Counted from the stretch's first letter, positions 19,517 through 33,405 are shown. The stretch: DNA of 64,000 nucleotides from Hydrurus foetidus (GCA_900617105.1 UYFQ01000011.1:1-64000), one strand, 5' to 3'. Numbers and translations are program-made. The notes: generated from the letters alone by a model not told the origin.

Positions 19517-20710
19517 ATGCACTTTGCCGCCATCGGTGCCGGGGTTGCGGGCTTGGCCAGCGCCATTGCCTTGCGCCTGGCCGGCCACACCGTCACCGTG
19601 TATGAACAAGCCCCCGCCATCCGTAGCCTGGGCGCGGGCATTGTGAGCTGGCCCAACGCCAGCTGGGTGCTCGATACCCTGGGCTTGTGGGAATACTTGC
19701 GGCCCCACGGCACACGGGTGCATGCCATGCACCGGTTGACGTCCGATGGCAGGCCTCTGGGCAGCATTGACGTGCGCGCCATCGACCTGCAAATGGGCCA
19801 TGCCAGCATGGCAATCCTGCGCCATGACCTGATGCAAGCGCTGCTGGCGCGCGCGCTGGAACTGGGCGTGGTGCTGCACTACGACCACCGCTTGCGCGAT
19901 GTGGTGGCGCTGCAAGAAGCAGGGCCGGGCGCCACGCAGCTGGTGTTTGACAACGGGGTGTTCGTGGAGCCCGAGTGGGTGCTGGGCACCGAGGGGCGCA
20001 TGCGCTCGCGCTGCCGCGCTTTTGTGCTGGGGTCGGAAGACGCAGCGCGCCCGGTGTACCAGGGTTTTGTGAACTGGATCGGTATTTGCGAGACCGCTGA
20101 GCCGGTGTTTGAGTCCGGCGCCGTGCTGGACTATTGGGGCATGGGCGAGCGCTTTGGCGTGGTGGCTCTGTCGCCGCACCGGGCCTATTGGGCGGCGGGG
20201 GCTGCGGCGCCTTTGGGGGAAGCGCAGCCACAGCACTACCGGGCCGAGTTAAACACGCGCTTTGCCCATTGGCCCGCGGCGGTGCGCCACGCGCTAGAGG
20301 GCACGCCTGACAGCGGCATTCACCAGATTTTTCTGCACGACCACGACCCCACGGCGCAGTGGCAGCGCGCCAATGTGTTGCTGCTGGGCGATGCGGCCCA
20401 TGCCCCACTGCCCACGTCGGGCCAGGGCGCCTGCCAAGCGCTGGAAGACGCCTGGCATCTGGGCCAGTGTGTGCAGGCGCATGCAGACGATGTGCCGCTG
20501 GCTTGGCAGCAATTGGCGCAACTGCGCCAGCCCAAAACCGCGGGCATCATCCAGTCCGGCCGCCACCTGGCGCGCAGTATTTTTCACACCCCGCCCGCGG
20601 GCATTGCGCAGCGCAACCGCGCAGCGCGCGAGACCGACTACACCGCCATGGCGGCGGGTATGGCCCAGGGTTGGGGCCAGGGTTTGCCGCTCAGTCCTGC
20701 AGCTGCGTAG
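19517..20710 (+). CDS. FAD-dependent monooxygenase (aromatic/urate hydroxylase-like)
   Basis: [31 protein letters not shown]. Confidence 0.88.
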   Translation: MHFAAIGAGVAGLASAIALRLAGHTVTVYEQAPAIRSLGAGIVSWPNASWVLDTLGLWEYLRPHGTRVHAMHRLTSDGRPLGSIDVRAIDLQMGHASMAILRHDLMQALLARALELGVVLHYDHRLRDVVALQEAGPGATQLVFDNGVFVEPEWVLGTEGRMRSRCRAFVLGSEDAARPVYQGFVNWIGICETAEPVFESGAVLDYWGMGERFGVVALSPHRAYWAAGAAAPLGEAQPQHYRAELNTRFAHWPAAVRHALEGTPDSGIHQIFLHDHDPTAQWQRANVLLLGDAAHAPLPTSGQGACQALEDAWHLGQCVQAHADDVPLAWQQLAQLRQPKTAGIIQSGRHLARSIFHTPPAGIAQRNRAARETDYTAMAAGMAQGWGQGLPLSPAAA

Positions 20711-20855
20711 CCACCTTGTGACGCAGTTCGGTCTGGCGGTTGCTGTCGTCCACAAACACCAGGTCTTCGTCAATGGCGCAGGAGCCTTCGTAGTGCAGCT
20801 CGCACTGGGTGACCGCGACGCGGTGGATCTTGGATTTGAGCAGGGTGCGAAACAT
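20691..20855 (-). pseudogene. panD: Aspartate 1-decarboxylase with in-frame internal deletion (54 aa)
   Basis: [32 protein letters not shown] joined directly to C-terminal-like VFVDDSNR; central NG.R..TY region absent. Confidence 0.85.
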
Positions 20856-20866
20856 GGCGGGAAAAA

Positions 20867-22477
20867 TCAGGGTTGGGGAATGAGGGTGGTGGGTACCGCC
20901 TGCTCCAGCAGCCCGGGGTAGTCGCGGCTGAAGTGCAGGCCGCGGCTTTCGTGGCGGGCCTGGGCGCTCTTCACAATCAGGTCGGCCACTTGCACCAGGT
21001 TGCGCAGCTCCAGCAAGTCGCGCGTGACGTGGAAGTGGGCGTAGAACTCCTGAATTTCGCCCTGCAGCAGCGCAATGCGGTGCGCGGCGCGCTCCAGCCG
21101 TTTGTTGGTGCGCACGATGCCCACGTAATCCCACATGAAGCGGCGCAGCTCGTCCCAGTTGTGGGAGATGACCACCGACTCGTCGGAGTCGGTCACGCGG
21201 CTGTCGTCCCACGCGGGCAGCGTTTGGGCCGGGGCGGCGGCGGTTTGGGCCAGTTCTTCGGCAATCCAGTGCGTGGCCGAGCGCGCAAACACCATGCACT
21301 CCACCAGCGAGTTGGACGCCAGGCGGTTGGCACCGTGCAGGCCGGTGCAGGCCGATTCGCCCACGGCATACAGGCCCGGCACCTGGGTGCGGGCGGACAG
21401 GTCGGTCTGCACACCGCCGCAGGTGTAGTGCGCGGCAGGCACCACGGGAATGGGGTGCTTGGACATGTCGATGCCCAGCTCCAGGCAACGCGCATAGATG
21501 TTGGGAAAGTGCTCCTGGATGAAGGCCAGCGGTTGGTGCGAGATATCCAGGTACACGCAATCAAAGCCGCCCTTCTTCATCTCGAAGTCGATGGCGCGCG
21601 CCACCACGTCACGCGGCGCCAGCTCGGCACGCGGGTCGTGTGCGGGCATGAAACGCGTGCCGTCCGGCAGCAGCAGGCGGCCGCCTTCACCGCGCACGGC
21701 TTCGCTGATCAAAAAGCTTTTGGCGTGCGGGTGGTACAGGCAGGTGGGGTGGAACTGGATGAACTCCATGTTCTGCACCGCGCAGCCCGCGCGCCAGGCG
21801 GCGGCAATGCCGTCGCCCGTGGCGGTGTCGGGGTTGGTGGTGTAGAGGTAGACCTTGCCCGCGCCGCCCGTAGCCAGGATGGTGTGCGGCGCCTGGAAGG
21901 TCAGCACCTCGTCGGTGTCGTCGTCCAGCGCGTACAGCCCCACGCAGCGGTTGGGCACATCGGTCTGGCCCAGCTTGGCCGTGGTGATCAGGTCCACCAG
22001 GGTGTGGTGCTCAAACAGCGTGATGTTGGGGCTGGCCTTGACCTTTTCGATCAACGTTTGCTGCACGGCGGCGCCGGTGGCGTCGGTCACGTGCACGATG
22101 CGCCGGGCGCTGTGGCCGCCTTCGCGGGTGAGGTGCAGGTGGCCATCTTCTTCCGAGAACGGCACGCCCAGCTTTTGCAGCCAGGCAATCGCCTGCGGCG
22201 CTTGCTCCACCACAAACTGCGTGGCGGCCAGGTCGCACAGGCCGGCACCGGCCACCAGCGTGTCGTCCACGTGGGCGGCAAAGCTGTCGTCCTTGTCCCA
22301 CACGGCGGCAATGCCGCCCTGGGCCCAGCCGCTGGAGCCTTCGCGCACCGCGCGCTTGGTGAGGATGGCCACTTTGTGGTGGGGCGACAGCAGCAGCGCG
22401 GCACTCAGGCCGGCCAGGCCGCTGCCGACGATGAGTACGTCAAAGGTTTGCAGAGAGGGGGAAGGAGATGTTGTCAT
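20867..22477 (-). CDS. nadB: L-aspartate oxidase
   Basis: [50 protein letters not shown]. Confidence 0.96.
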   Translation of the reverse strand: MTTSPSPSLQTFDVLIVGSGLAGLSAALLLSPHHKVAILTKRAVREGSSGWAQGGIAAVWDKDDSFAAHVDDTLVAGAGLCDLAATQFVVEQAPQAIAWLQKLGVPFSEEDGHLHLTREGGHSARRIVHVTDATGAAVQQTLIEKVKASPNITLFEHHTLVDLITTAKLGQTDVPNRCVGLYALDDDTDEVLTFQAPHTILATGGAGKVYLYTTNPDTATGDGIAAAWRAGCAVQNMEFIQFHPTCLYHPHAKSFLISEAVRGEGGRLLLPDGTRFMPAHDPRAELAPRDVVARAIDFEMKKGGFDCVYLDISHQPLAFIQEHFPNIYARCLELGIDMSKHPIPVVPAAHYTCGGVQTDLSARTQVPGLYAVGESACTGLHGANRLASNSLVECMVFARSATHWIAEELAQTAAAPAQTLPAWDDSRVTDSDESVVISHNWDELRRFMWDYVGIVRTNKRLERAAHRIALLQGEIQEFYAHFHVTRDLLELRNLVQVADLIVKSAQARHESRGLHFSRDYPGLLEQAVPTTLIPQP

Positions 22478-22506
22478 GCAAGGGGAAGGAAAGGAATGCA
22501 GGAAGC

Positions 22507-23253
22507 CTAATGCGCGCGCTTGTACCAGCGCGTGCCATCCTGCCACAGCGGCTGCGCGATGAGCAGCAGCAGGGTCAGCGCCAGCGGCACAGTGGTGATG
22601 AAACCCAGCGTTTTGAAACCCATGGCACCCACCAGGGCGCCCAGCACAAAGCTGCCGATCAGCAGCCCGTGCAGGCGCAGCTTCTGGGTGTTGGCGTGTA
22701 CGGGGCTGGGGGAATTGGCGGGGTTGATATACGCCATCTTGCCCAGCTCAATGCCCATGTCAGTCACCAGTCCAGTCAGGTGGGTGGTACGGATTTCGGC
22801 GCGCGAGATCTTGGTGATCACCGCGTTTTGCAGGCCCATGATGAAGCACAGCAGCGTGACGGTAAGCGGGGTGAAAAAGTAGGTGGCGTAGTTCATGGCG
22901 CCGCCAAACACACCAAACAACAGCAACAGGGCCGCCTCCAGCAGCAGGGGCAGGCCGTAGGCGGTGTAGAGCTCGCGGCGCAGCCCCCAGTTCACCAGAA
23001 TGGCCGTGGTCATGGCACCCAGCACAAACGAGGCCAACATGGCCAGCCCGCCCAGAGCTACCTCGGTATGGCCCAGTACCAGAGAATCAGCCACCGCAGA
23101 AACCACACCGGTGACGTGGGAGGTGTATTCCCCCACGGCCAGAAAACCGCCGGCATTGGTGGCCCCGGCCACAAACGCCAGCGCCATACCCAGCCGTGTG
23201 TTGGCCTGGGGCGTGCGCTCCGTGTCAACCCAACCGTGGATCCAGGGGAACAT
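22507..23253 (-). CDS. YoaK/DUF1275 family membrane protein
   Basis: FVAGATNA, YTSHVTG, MGLQNA, RTTHLTGLVTD. Confidence 0.87.
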   Translation of the reverse strand: MFPWIHGWVDTERTPQANTRLGMALAFVAGATNAGGFLAVGEYTSHVTGVVSAVADSLVLGHTEVALGGLAMLASFVLGAMTTAILVNWGLRRELYTAYGLPLLLEAALLLLFGVFGGAMNYATYFFTPLTVTLLCFIMGLQNAVITKISRAEIRTTHLTGLVTDMGIELGKMAYINPANSPSPVHANTQKLRLHGLLIGSFVLGALVGAMGFKTLGFITTVPLALTLLLLIAQPLWQDGTRWYKRAH

Positions 23254-23282
23254 TGTCAGGAGTCCAGCGGTTCGGGCTTGGT

Positions 23283-25541
23283 TTAGTGGATGCGCATGCC
23301 CGGCTGTGCACCGGGCCAGGGGTTGAGGATGTAGATGCCGGGGTTGGCCTTCTCATCGCCATGGCTGGCCGCCATGACCATGCCCTCGGACACACCAAAC
23401 TTCATCTTGCGCGGCGCCAGGTTGGCCACCAGCACGGTGAGCTGGCCCACCAGCTCTTCGAGCTTGTACATGCTGGCAATGCCGCTGAACACATTGCGCG
23501 TGGTGGGCTGGCCCTCGGCGTTCTTCTCGCCCACGTCGAGCGTGAGACGCAGCAACTTGGTGGAACCCTCCACGGCTTCGCAGTTCACGATCTTCGCAAT
23601 GCGCAGGTCGATCTTGGCGAAGTCGTCAATGCTGATAGTGGGCGCCAGCGCCTCGCCGCCGGGGGCGTTGGGTTCAGCTGGCACGGTGGTGGGCGCTGTT
23701 TTTGCTACTTTTTTAGGAGCTGCTTGCGCTGGTTCTGCCTGGGCTAGAGGCTCTTTTGGTTCAAAAAGCGCGTCCAACTGCTCGGGGGTGACGCGTTGCA
23801 TCAAGTGCTGGTAGGGTGCAACTGAGTTAGGAAATACTCCCAAGTCATCCCATTTAAAAGCCTCTTCTTGATTGAAGAAATTTTTTGCAACTCGCTCTGT
23901 AACTGTTGGTAGAACTGGCGTGAGGAAGATGCTGAGTAGCCTGAATGCAAGCACGCTTGCAGAGCAAACCTCGTGCAAGTTTTCCTTCAACATTTGGCTA
24001 GGCTCAGTTTTCAGCTTCTTCGCCATTTCCCACGGTTTATGCGAGTCAAAGTACGAATTGATTTCATCAGCGTACTTAGTAATGAGTCGCAGGGCTTGCG
24101 AATACTCCCGCTTTTCAAAATACTGAGAAATCAAACCGCCGTAAGTCTGCCCCCGTTCCAACAGTTGAGTACCTTCGCCTGCGTAGGCACGGAAGGGCAG
24201 TCGTGCTTCTCCCTCAACTGCGAACATTTCTCTACCTTCACTAACAGAACCATCAAAGTGTTCTGTTAAGAACTTCGCCGCACGTGAAGCAATGTTCACG
24301 TACTTGCCAATCAAGTCGCTATTCACCCGCGCCATGAAGTCGTCGGCGTTGAAGTCAATGTCTTCATTGCGCGCCGACAGCTTGGCCGCCAGGTAGTAGC
24401 GCAGCCACTCAGGGTTCATGCCCAGGCTCAGGTACTTGAGCGGGTCCAGGCCGGTGCCGCGGCTCTTGCTCATCTTCTCGCCGTTGTTCACGGTCAAGAA
24501 GCCGTGCACGAACACGTTGTCGGGCGTCTTGCGGCCACTGAACTTCAGCATGGCGGGCCAGAACAGGGTGTGGAAGGTGACGATGTCTTTGCCGATGAAG
24601 TGGTACTGCTCGGTATCCGCAGCGGCCATGTACTCGTCAAAGCTGCGCTGATCAGGGTTGACCGTGCGCGCCTTGGGGCCGCCCTTGTCAAACCAGTTTT
24701 TCAGCGAGGCCAGGTAGCCCACGGGCGCGTCCAGCCACACATAGAAGTATTTGCCCGGCGCATCGGGAATCTCGATACCGAAGTAGGGCGCGTCGCGTGA
24801 AATGTCCCAGTCGCCCAGGCCTTCGCTGGTCGTGCCGTCCGGGTTGGTGCGAACGCTGAACCATTCCTTGACCTTGTTCGCCACCTCGGGCTGCAACTTG
24901 CCGTCTTGCGTCCACTTCTCCAGAAACGCCACGCAGCGCGGGTCGGACAGTTTGAAGAAGAAATGCTCCGAATTCTTCAGCTCCGGCTTGGCACCAGACA
25001 ACACCGAAAAGGGGTTGATCAGGTCGGTGGGTGCATACACCGCACCGCACACTTCGCAGTTGTCGCCGTACTGGTCTTTTGCGTGGCACTTGGGGCATTC
25101 GCCTTTGATGTAGCGGTCCGGCAGAAACATGTTCTTCTCGGGGTCGAAGAACTGTTCGATGATTTTGGTTTCGATCAACGAGCCACCCTTGTCGGCGGGA
25201 ATGTCGCGCAGGTCGCGGTAGATCTGGCGTGCCAGTTCGGTGTTCTCGGGCGAGTGGGTGCTGTGCCAGTTGTCAAAGCTGATGTGGAAACCGTCCAGGT
25301 ACTGCTGGCGGCCGGCGGCAATGTCGGCCACGAACTGCTCGGGCGTTTTGCCAGCCTTTTCGGCCGCAATCATGATGGGCGCGCCGTGGGTGTCGTCCGC
25401 GCCCACAAAGTTCACCGCATGGCCCTGCATGCGCTGGAACCGCACCCAGATATCGGCCTGGATGTATTCCATGATGTGGCCGATGTGGAAGTTGCCGTTG
25501 GCGTAGGGCAGGGCGGTGGTGACGAAGAGTTGGCGGGGCAT
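23283..25541 (-). CDS. metG: Methionine--tRNA ligase with C-terminal tRNA-binding domain
   Basis: [12 protein letters not shown], zinc knuckles, [34 protein letters not shown]. Confidence 0.98.
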   Translation of the reverse strand: MPRQLFVTTALPYANGNFHIGHIMEYIQADIWVRFQRMQGHAVNFVGADDTHGAPIMIAAEKAGKTPEQFVADIAAGRQQYLDGFHISFDNWHSTHSPENTELARQIYRDLRDIPADKGGSLIETKIIEQFFDPEKNMFLPDRYIKGECPKCHAKDQYGDNCEVCGAVYAPTDLINPFSVLSGAKPELKNSEHFFFKLSDPRCVAFLEKWTQDGKLQPEVANKVKEWFSVRTNPDGTTSEGLGDWDISRDAPYFGIEIPDAPGKYFYVWLDAPVGYLASLKNWFDKGGPKARTVNPDQRSFDEYMAAADTEQYHFIGKDIVTFHTLFWPAMLKFSGRKTPDNVFVHGFLTVNNGEKMSKSRGTGLDPLKYLSLGMNPEWLRYYLAAKLSARNEDIDFNADDFMARVNSDLIGKYVNIASRAAKFLTEHFDGSVSEGREMFAVEGEARLPFRAYAGEGTQLLERGQTYGGLISQYFEKREYSQALRLITKYADEINSYFDSHKPWEMAKKLKTEPSQMLKENLHEVCSASVLAFRLLSIFLTPVLPTVTERVAKNFFNQEEAFKWDDLGVFPNSVAPYQHLMQRVTPEQLDALFEPKEPLAQAEPAQAAPKKVAKTAPTTVPAEPNAPGGEALAPTISIDDFAKIDLRIAKIVNCEAVEGSTKLLRLTLDVGEKNAEGQPTTRNVFSGIASMYKLEELVGQLTVLVANLAPRKMKFGVSEGMVMAASHGDEKANPGIYILNPWPGAQPGMRIH
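23704..23765 (-). repeat. Dispersed repeat family A, copy 4 (in frame in metG linker)
   Basis: Minus strand GAGCCTCTAGCCCAGGCAGAACCAGCGCAAGCAGCTCCTAAAAAAGTAGC, read as [17 protein letters not shown]. Confidence 0.75.
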
Positions 25542-25595
25542 GGAAACAGCTTTCAGGATTCAGCCCTTGATTTTAGTCGCCCCATTGCTTGGGTT

Positions 25596-25687
25596 GGATC
25601 AGGAGGGTTGGCTGTTTTGCTCCGTGTCCCCCGCCCGCTGCGCGGGCTCCTCCTTGACCTGCGCAAAACAGCCAACCCGCCTGATCC
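25596..25687 (+). repeat. Hairpin element family B, copy 1
   Basis: 25-bp arms (24/25 complementary) around loop CGTGTCCCCC-minihairpin-TCCTCCTTGACCT. Confidence 0.85.
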
Positions 25688-25749
25688 TGCTGCGGGCGCA
25701 GCACAAAGCGCCCCCTACAATCCCGCCCACCTTAACGAATAGGACATCC

Positions 25750-26643
25750 ATGCACACCATGGCAGCCATCAGCCCTTCAGACTTCCTGGCCCGCACCTTC
25801 CATACCATCGTGTTCGCCGGTGGTGGTAATCGCTGTTGGTGGCAGGCTGGGGCGGTGGAGCGGCTGTGTGAGCAGGCCAACTGGCAGGCGAAGCGGTTGA
25901 TTGGGGTGAGCGCGGGTGCGGGTATTGCCACCGCGTTTGCCACCGGGCGTTTGCAAGAATCTTTGCGTGACGCGGTGGATCGCTTCAACAACACACCCAA
26001 GAATATCGTTTGGCGCGACTTGCTCAAAGGCAAGCGGCCCTTTGTGATGCCGCGCATCTACCCTGATTGGATCGAGAGCTTTCTGCAGGCGGTCGATTTG
26101 CAAAAGCTGCAAGGGGGCGCACTAACGGTCGATGTGGCCATAACCCGCCCCATCCCCTTCTTGCCAGTGACCTTGTCTACCGCTGTGGCGCTGGCTTTGT
26201 ACTCCACCGAAAAGTTTTGGCTCAAAACCTTCCACGGCCGCCTGCCGCATTGGGTGGGGCTGCGTCCGGAATACCACGACTTGACCAGTTGCCCACAGCT
26301 GGACGACGCACGCAGCCTGCTGCTGGCCTCTGCCGCAGCGGTGCCCATCACGCCCACGCATAAGGTCAACGGCCGCGTTGCGCTGGACGGCGGGTTCTAC
26401 GACAACGTGCCGCTGCCGCAAGACCGCGCGGACGATGCGGGCACGCTGGTGCTGTTGACCCGCCACCGCGCGGATTTGCCTCCGGCATTTGACATGGGCG
26501 GGCGCACCTATCTGCAGCCTAGCCGTCCGGTCGCTGCGACCAATATGGACTGCACCAGCGGCTCCAATGTGCAGAGCACCTATGCCCAAGGCCTTGACGA
26601 CATGGGTGTCTGGTTGCGCAAGGTCGATCAGTCCTCGAAATAG
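25750..26643 (+). CDS. Patatin-like phospholipase
   Basis: FAGGGNR, GVSAG nucleophile elbow, LDGG. Confidence 0.85.
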   Translation: MHTMAAISPSDFLARTFHTIVFAGGGNRCWWQAGAVERLCEQANWQAKRLIGVSAGAGIATAFATGRLQESLRDAVDRFNNTPKNIVWRDLLKGKRPFVMPRIYPDWIESFLQAVDLQKLQGGALTVDVAITRPIPFLPVTLSTAVALALYSTEKFWLKTFHGRLPHWVGLRPEYHDLTSCPQLDDARSLLLASAAAVPITPTHKVNGRVALDGGFYDNVPLPQDRADDAGTLVLLTRHRADLPPAFDMGGRTYLQPSRPVAATNMDCTSGSNVQSTYAQGLDDMGVWLRKVDQSSK

Positions 26644-26665
26644 TTGATCCCATAACCGCTTCGCA

Positions 26666-26757
26666 GCAGCAGGGTTGGGGTACGCGCCAAAGCGAGGTCA
26701 AGGAGGAGGCCGAGGGCCGGGGGACACGAGCGGCGGCACGTACCCCAACCCTGCTGC
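26666..26757 (-). repeat. Hairpin element family B, copy 2 (inverted relative to copy 1)
   Basis: Perfect 19-bp arms GCAGCAGGGTTGGGGTACG/CGTACCCCAACCCTGCTGC; same loop motifs on minus strand. Confidence 0.85.
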
Positions 26758-26791
26758 GGGCCCAGCCAACCACCAACGAGTGAGCGGAAGC

Positions 26792-30238
<3,447 letters not shown>

Positions 30239-30267
30239 GTTAGAGAGGCACGCTTAGACTCGCCCGC

Positions 30268-30804
30268 ATGTCGCTTGCCCACGCCGTGCTCACCTCCCTG
30301 ATCGAAAAACCGTCCTCCGGCTACGAGTTGGCGCGCCGCTTCGACAAGTCCATCGGCTACTTCTGGCACGCCACCCACCAGCAGATCTACCGCGAGCTGG
30401 CCCGTATGGAAGACAAAGGCTGGATCGTCTCGGACTCTGCCCCCGACGCCGGAGCCACCCGCAAGCGCGAGTACAAGATGCTACCCGCCGGCCGCGCCGA
30501 GCTGGTGCGCTGGACGCAGGAGCCTGCGGCCCCCATCGACCTGCGCGATGAATTTACCGTGAAACTGCGCGCGGACGCTGCGCTGGGCGAGGTGGATTTA
30601 AGCGGCGAACTGCGCGCCCGCATCGCCCAGCACACCGAGAAGCTGGCGCACTACCGTGCCATTGAGGCGCGTGACTTTGCAGGGGGTGATGCGATGCCAC
30701 GGGCTGCGCGGCTGCAGCACCTGATCCTGAAGAAGGGGATCATGTATGAGGAGGGGAGTATTGCCTGGGCGACGGAGGCGCTGGGGGTGTTGGGGGTTGA
30801 GTAG
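30268..30804 (+). CDS. PadR family transcriptional regulator
   Basis: SGYELARRF, FWHATHQQIYREL, C-terminal helical domain. Confidence 0.93.
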   Translation: MSLAHAVLTSLIEKPSSGYELARRFDKSIGYFWHATHQQIYRELARMEDKGWIVSDSAPDAGATRKREYKMLPAGRAELVRWTQEPAAPIDLRDEFTVKLRADAALGEVDLSGELRARIAQHTEKLAHYRAIEARDFAGGDAMPRAARLQHLILKKGIMYEEGSIAWATEALGVLGVE

Positions 30805-30967
30805 GGCGGCCCACACTTAGTCAACAATGCGCAAGCAATCCATCACTGTTTCAGGAGTGCCTCCCTTTGTATATCCACCGGGAATCCATTCAGCCGGAAG
30901 TGCTCCGCCCTCATTTCCCGAGGGCATCCGCAACCCCTTCAAATCCGCTGGCTAGAAAAAACCGCAA

Positions 30968-31570
30968 TCAACTAGCAAGTCGATATGCAATGCCTGTAAC
31001 GCGCGCGATCTCAAAGGCAGACTTCAGAGATTCCGAAACAATTAACGAATTTCTCTCCCATGGCCGAAAGAACTCCATACTTGCTGCCTTTTCGGCATCA
31101 ATAAAGAGTGGCGAAAGGCGATGCAGCATTCCTTTTTGCCTAGGCGCGATACCCCCGTAACGTTGATCAATCTCTGTGTCACTCTCTTCGTAATACTCGA
31201 TTTCTTCAGCCCTCGACAGATCGATGACCCCTCTAGGGGCATCAAGTGTGAATATCACTTCGTATCCGGCTTCGCCTGTGGGCTCAAGGACGACTGGAAA
31301 GCGTTGAATGCTCCCTCCGTGTGACTGAATCATGTCAGCGACCCAACTCTTGACCATGGTGAAACTGAAGTAGCCAAAGCTGAAGTCCAGCGGCTTACCG
31401 GGATAGCGGGTATCGATCTGTACTTTGACAATCTTCGGATCGGCGTATGGGCCTTTTGTGGGAAGCAAGTTTGTTTCCAGAATAGCTCCAGAATCGTCAA
31501 TGGGATGTCGAAGATGCCACATATCACGCATGCCTTCCGCATCAAAAAAGACTTCGTAATACTTCTTCAT
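30968..31570 (-). CDS. Imm11/DUF1629-like immunity protein
   Basis: PLDFS, IQRFPV, FFR, LIVSE.LK..FE....TG; 4-bp overlap with toxin fragment; lower GC. Confidence 0.75.
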   Translation of the reverse strand: MKKYYEVFFDAEGMRDMWHLRHPIDDSGAILETNLLPTKGPYADPKIVKVQIDTRYPGKPLDFSFGYFSFTMVKSWVADMIQSHGGSIQRFPVVLEPTGEAGYEVIFTLDAPRGVIDLSRAEEIEYYEESDTEIDQRYGGIAPRQKGMLHRLSPLFIDAEKAASMEFFRPWERNSLIVSESLKSAFEIARVTGIAYRLAS

Positions 31571-31847
31571 TTTTTGGTCACCAAGTTATTCAGTTTAGTG
31601 CCGGGTGTTTGTATTTCCTTGCCAATCTTGGCCAGTTCACGCTGAAAGGCCTGTGTGTATGCATCGCCAGATTTACCTTGGGTGACTTCAAACAGTCGAT
31701 CAAAAACTTCGCGATGGTATTCCTGAGGATGCGGGCTTTGGTGGCCCGCAACCCAAACCTTGTTCAAATCTCCCTGCATAGACAGACCAGCCTTATCGAA
31801 TAGATCCTCAAACCTTGGTGTCCACGGACCACCCGTATTTGGCGATA
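31567..31847 (-). pseudogene. C-terminal fragment of AHH-type (HNH-fold) nuclease toxin, N-terminus cut by IS
   Basis: Frame open up to IS end: SPNTGGPWTPRFEDLFDKAGLSMQGDLNKVWVAGHQSPHPQEYHREVF. Confidence 0.75.
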
Positions 31848-31886
31848 TGAATCGCCCCGGGTGTCATGGAGGCCCGTTGGGTTAAG

Positions 31887-32834
31887 TCAGACCGACATGA
31901 CGGCCTGACTGGCTAATTGCCGATAGTAATTTTCTTCAGCTTCGGCAGGGGGAATGTAGCCGATGGGTTGCAGCAGTCGGTGATGGTTAAACCAGGACAC
32001 CCATTCCAGCGTTGCCAGTTCCAAAGACTCCTTGGTCTTCCAGGGTGCCCGGCGATGTATCAATTCAGCCTTGTAGAGGCCGTTGATGGTCTCGGCCAGT
32101 GCGTTGTCATAGCTGTCACCTTTGCTGCCCACAGAGGGCTCTATGTCCGCTTCGGTCAGGCGTTCGCTGTAGCGGATGGAAACGTACTGGGAGCCCCTGT
32201 CGCTGTGATGGATCAGCGCCCCATCGCGCTGTGGCCGCCGGTCATACAAAGCCTGTTCCAGCGCGTCCAGAACGAAGTCCGTGCGCATGGAACTGCTTTG
32301 CCGCCAGCCCACAATGCGCCGGGCAAATACGTCGATGACAAAGGCCACGTACTGCCAGCCTTGCCAGGTCGAAACGTACGTGAAGTCCGACACCCACAAC
32401 TGGTTGGGCCGGTCTGCCTTGAACTGTCGGTTGACCCGGTCCAGCGGGCATGGCACAGCTTTGTCACCGACGGTGGTGCGCACCACCTTGCCACGGCGCA
32501 CGCCCCGCAGATTCGAGAGCCGCATGAGGCGCTCCACCGTGCAGCGAGCCACGGCAACGCCTTCCCGGTTCAACTGGTGCCAGACCTTGTCGGCGCCATA
32601 GACCTGCATGTTGTTCTGCCAGACTTGGTGAATCTGCGGTAGCAGCGTTGCATCCTGTTTGGCACGCGCACAACGCAGCTCCGGTGTGCGTTGCTGGGCG
32701 GCATGGCGACGGTAACCCGACGGGGCGATTTGCAGCACTCTGCAGATCGGCTCGACCCCGTAGGTATTGCGATGTTGGTCGACAAATCCGATCAGAATTT
32801 GAGTTTGCGGTCGAGCTCCGCCTGGGCAAAAAAA
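31887..32834 (-). CDS. IS3 OrfB DDE transposase, expressed via -1 frameshift
   Basis: [28 protein letters not shown]; frame open back to T7 tract 32828-32834. Confidence 0.93.
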   Translation of the reverse strand, partial: FFCPGGARPQTQILIGFVDQHRNTYGVEPICRVLQIAPSGYRRHAAQQRTPELRCARAKQDATLLPQIHQVWQNNMQVYGADKVWHQLNREGVAVARCTVERLMRLSNLRGVRRGKVVRTTVGDKAVPCPLDRVNRQFKADRPNQLWVSDFTYVSTWQGWQYVAFVIDVFARRIVGWRQSSSMRTDFVLDALEQALYDRRPQRDGALIHHSDRGSQYVSIRYSERLTEADIEPSVGSKGDSYDNALAETINGLYKAELIHRRAPWKTKESLELATLEWVSWFNHHRLLQPIGYIPPAEAEENYYRQLASQAVMSV

Positions 32835-33115
32835 GCACTGGCCAGTTTCAGGATTTCATTGGCCCGGCGCAATTCCTTGACCTCACGTTCCAGGGCTTTG
32901 ACGCGCTCACGCTCGTGGCTGGTAACGCCTTCGCGCGTGCCGGAATCAATCTCACTTTTTTTGACCCATTCATTCAATGTCTGGGGTACGCAACCAATCT
33001 TGGCCGATATGGACTCAATGGCGGCCCACAGGGAGGGATATTCGCCACGGTGCTCCTGCACCATGCGTACTGCGCGTTCGCGGACTTCGGGGGAAAACTT
33101 CGTTGACTTTCTCAT
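32792..33115 (-). CDS. IS3 OrfA (HTH plus leucine zipper)
   Basis: [38 protein letters not shown]. Confidence 0.94.
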   Translation of the reverse strand: MRKSTKFSPEVRERAVRMVQEHRGEYPSLWAAIESISAKIGCVPQTLNEWVKKSEIDSGTREGVTSHERERVKALEREVKELRRANEILKLASAFFAQAELDRKLKF

Positions 33116-33145
33116 GGCTCCATCTTCTCAGGTGTTGGAGCCTCC

Positions 33146-33403
33146 TCAAAACCCGGGGCGATTCATAAGACGATCATCCATTTCCCCCCTCAAGCAATGC
33201 GAAGCAAAAGCCTCGGCCGCCACTTCATTCGAAGTAAGTTGTGTGTACTCTTCCAGTGTCAGCGAAAAATACTTGTCATAGTCCACTGTCCTATTGGCAG
33301 TAGTGAACGAACAAGAGATGTAGAAGGTGCCGTTGTTCTTCTCTACGCCAAGCGAAATTCGGCTGCTTGCGAATATCACTTTGTCTTCGAATTGATACTT
33401 CAT
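33146..33403 (-). CDS. Putative cognate immunity protein; last 6 codons come from IS end
   Basis: Starts 2 bp after tpsA stop; 85 aa, low GC; tail MNRPGF* lies in IS IR. Confidence 0.7.
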   Translation of the reverse strand: MKYQFEDKVIFASSRISLGVEKNNGTFYISCSFTTANRTVDYDKYFSLTLEEYTQLTSNEVAAEAFASHCLRGEMDDRLMNRPGF

Positions 33404-33405
33404 CC

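Larger units (their letters stand above)
31848..33165 (-). mobile_element. IS3 family insertion sequence (IS51/IS629-like), 1318 bp
   Basis: TG...CA ends; 26-bp imperfect IRs TGAATCGCCCCGGGT-N5-GGAGGC; orfA and orfB. Confidence 0.95.

Noticed and set aside
20691..21560. 289-aa ORF as a PanD fusion
   Set aside because: Upstream part is an alternative frame of nadB; only the last 54 codons are PanD-like.
23872..24269. Two short plus-strand ORFs inside the metG low-GC patch
   Set aside because: No motif or RBS evidence; the metG frame explains the sequence.
23810..24290. Intein or intron in metG
   Set aside because: No splicing motifs; the patch replaces a domain of about normal length rather than adding one.
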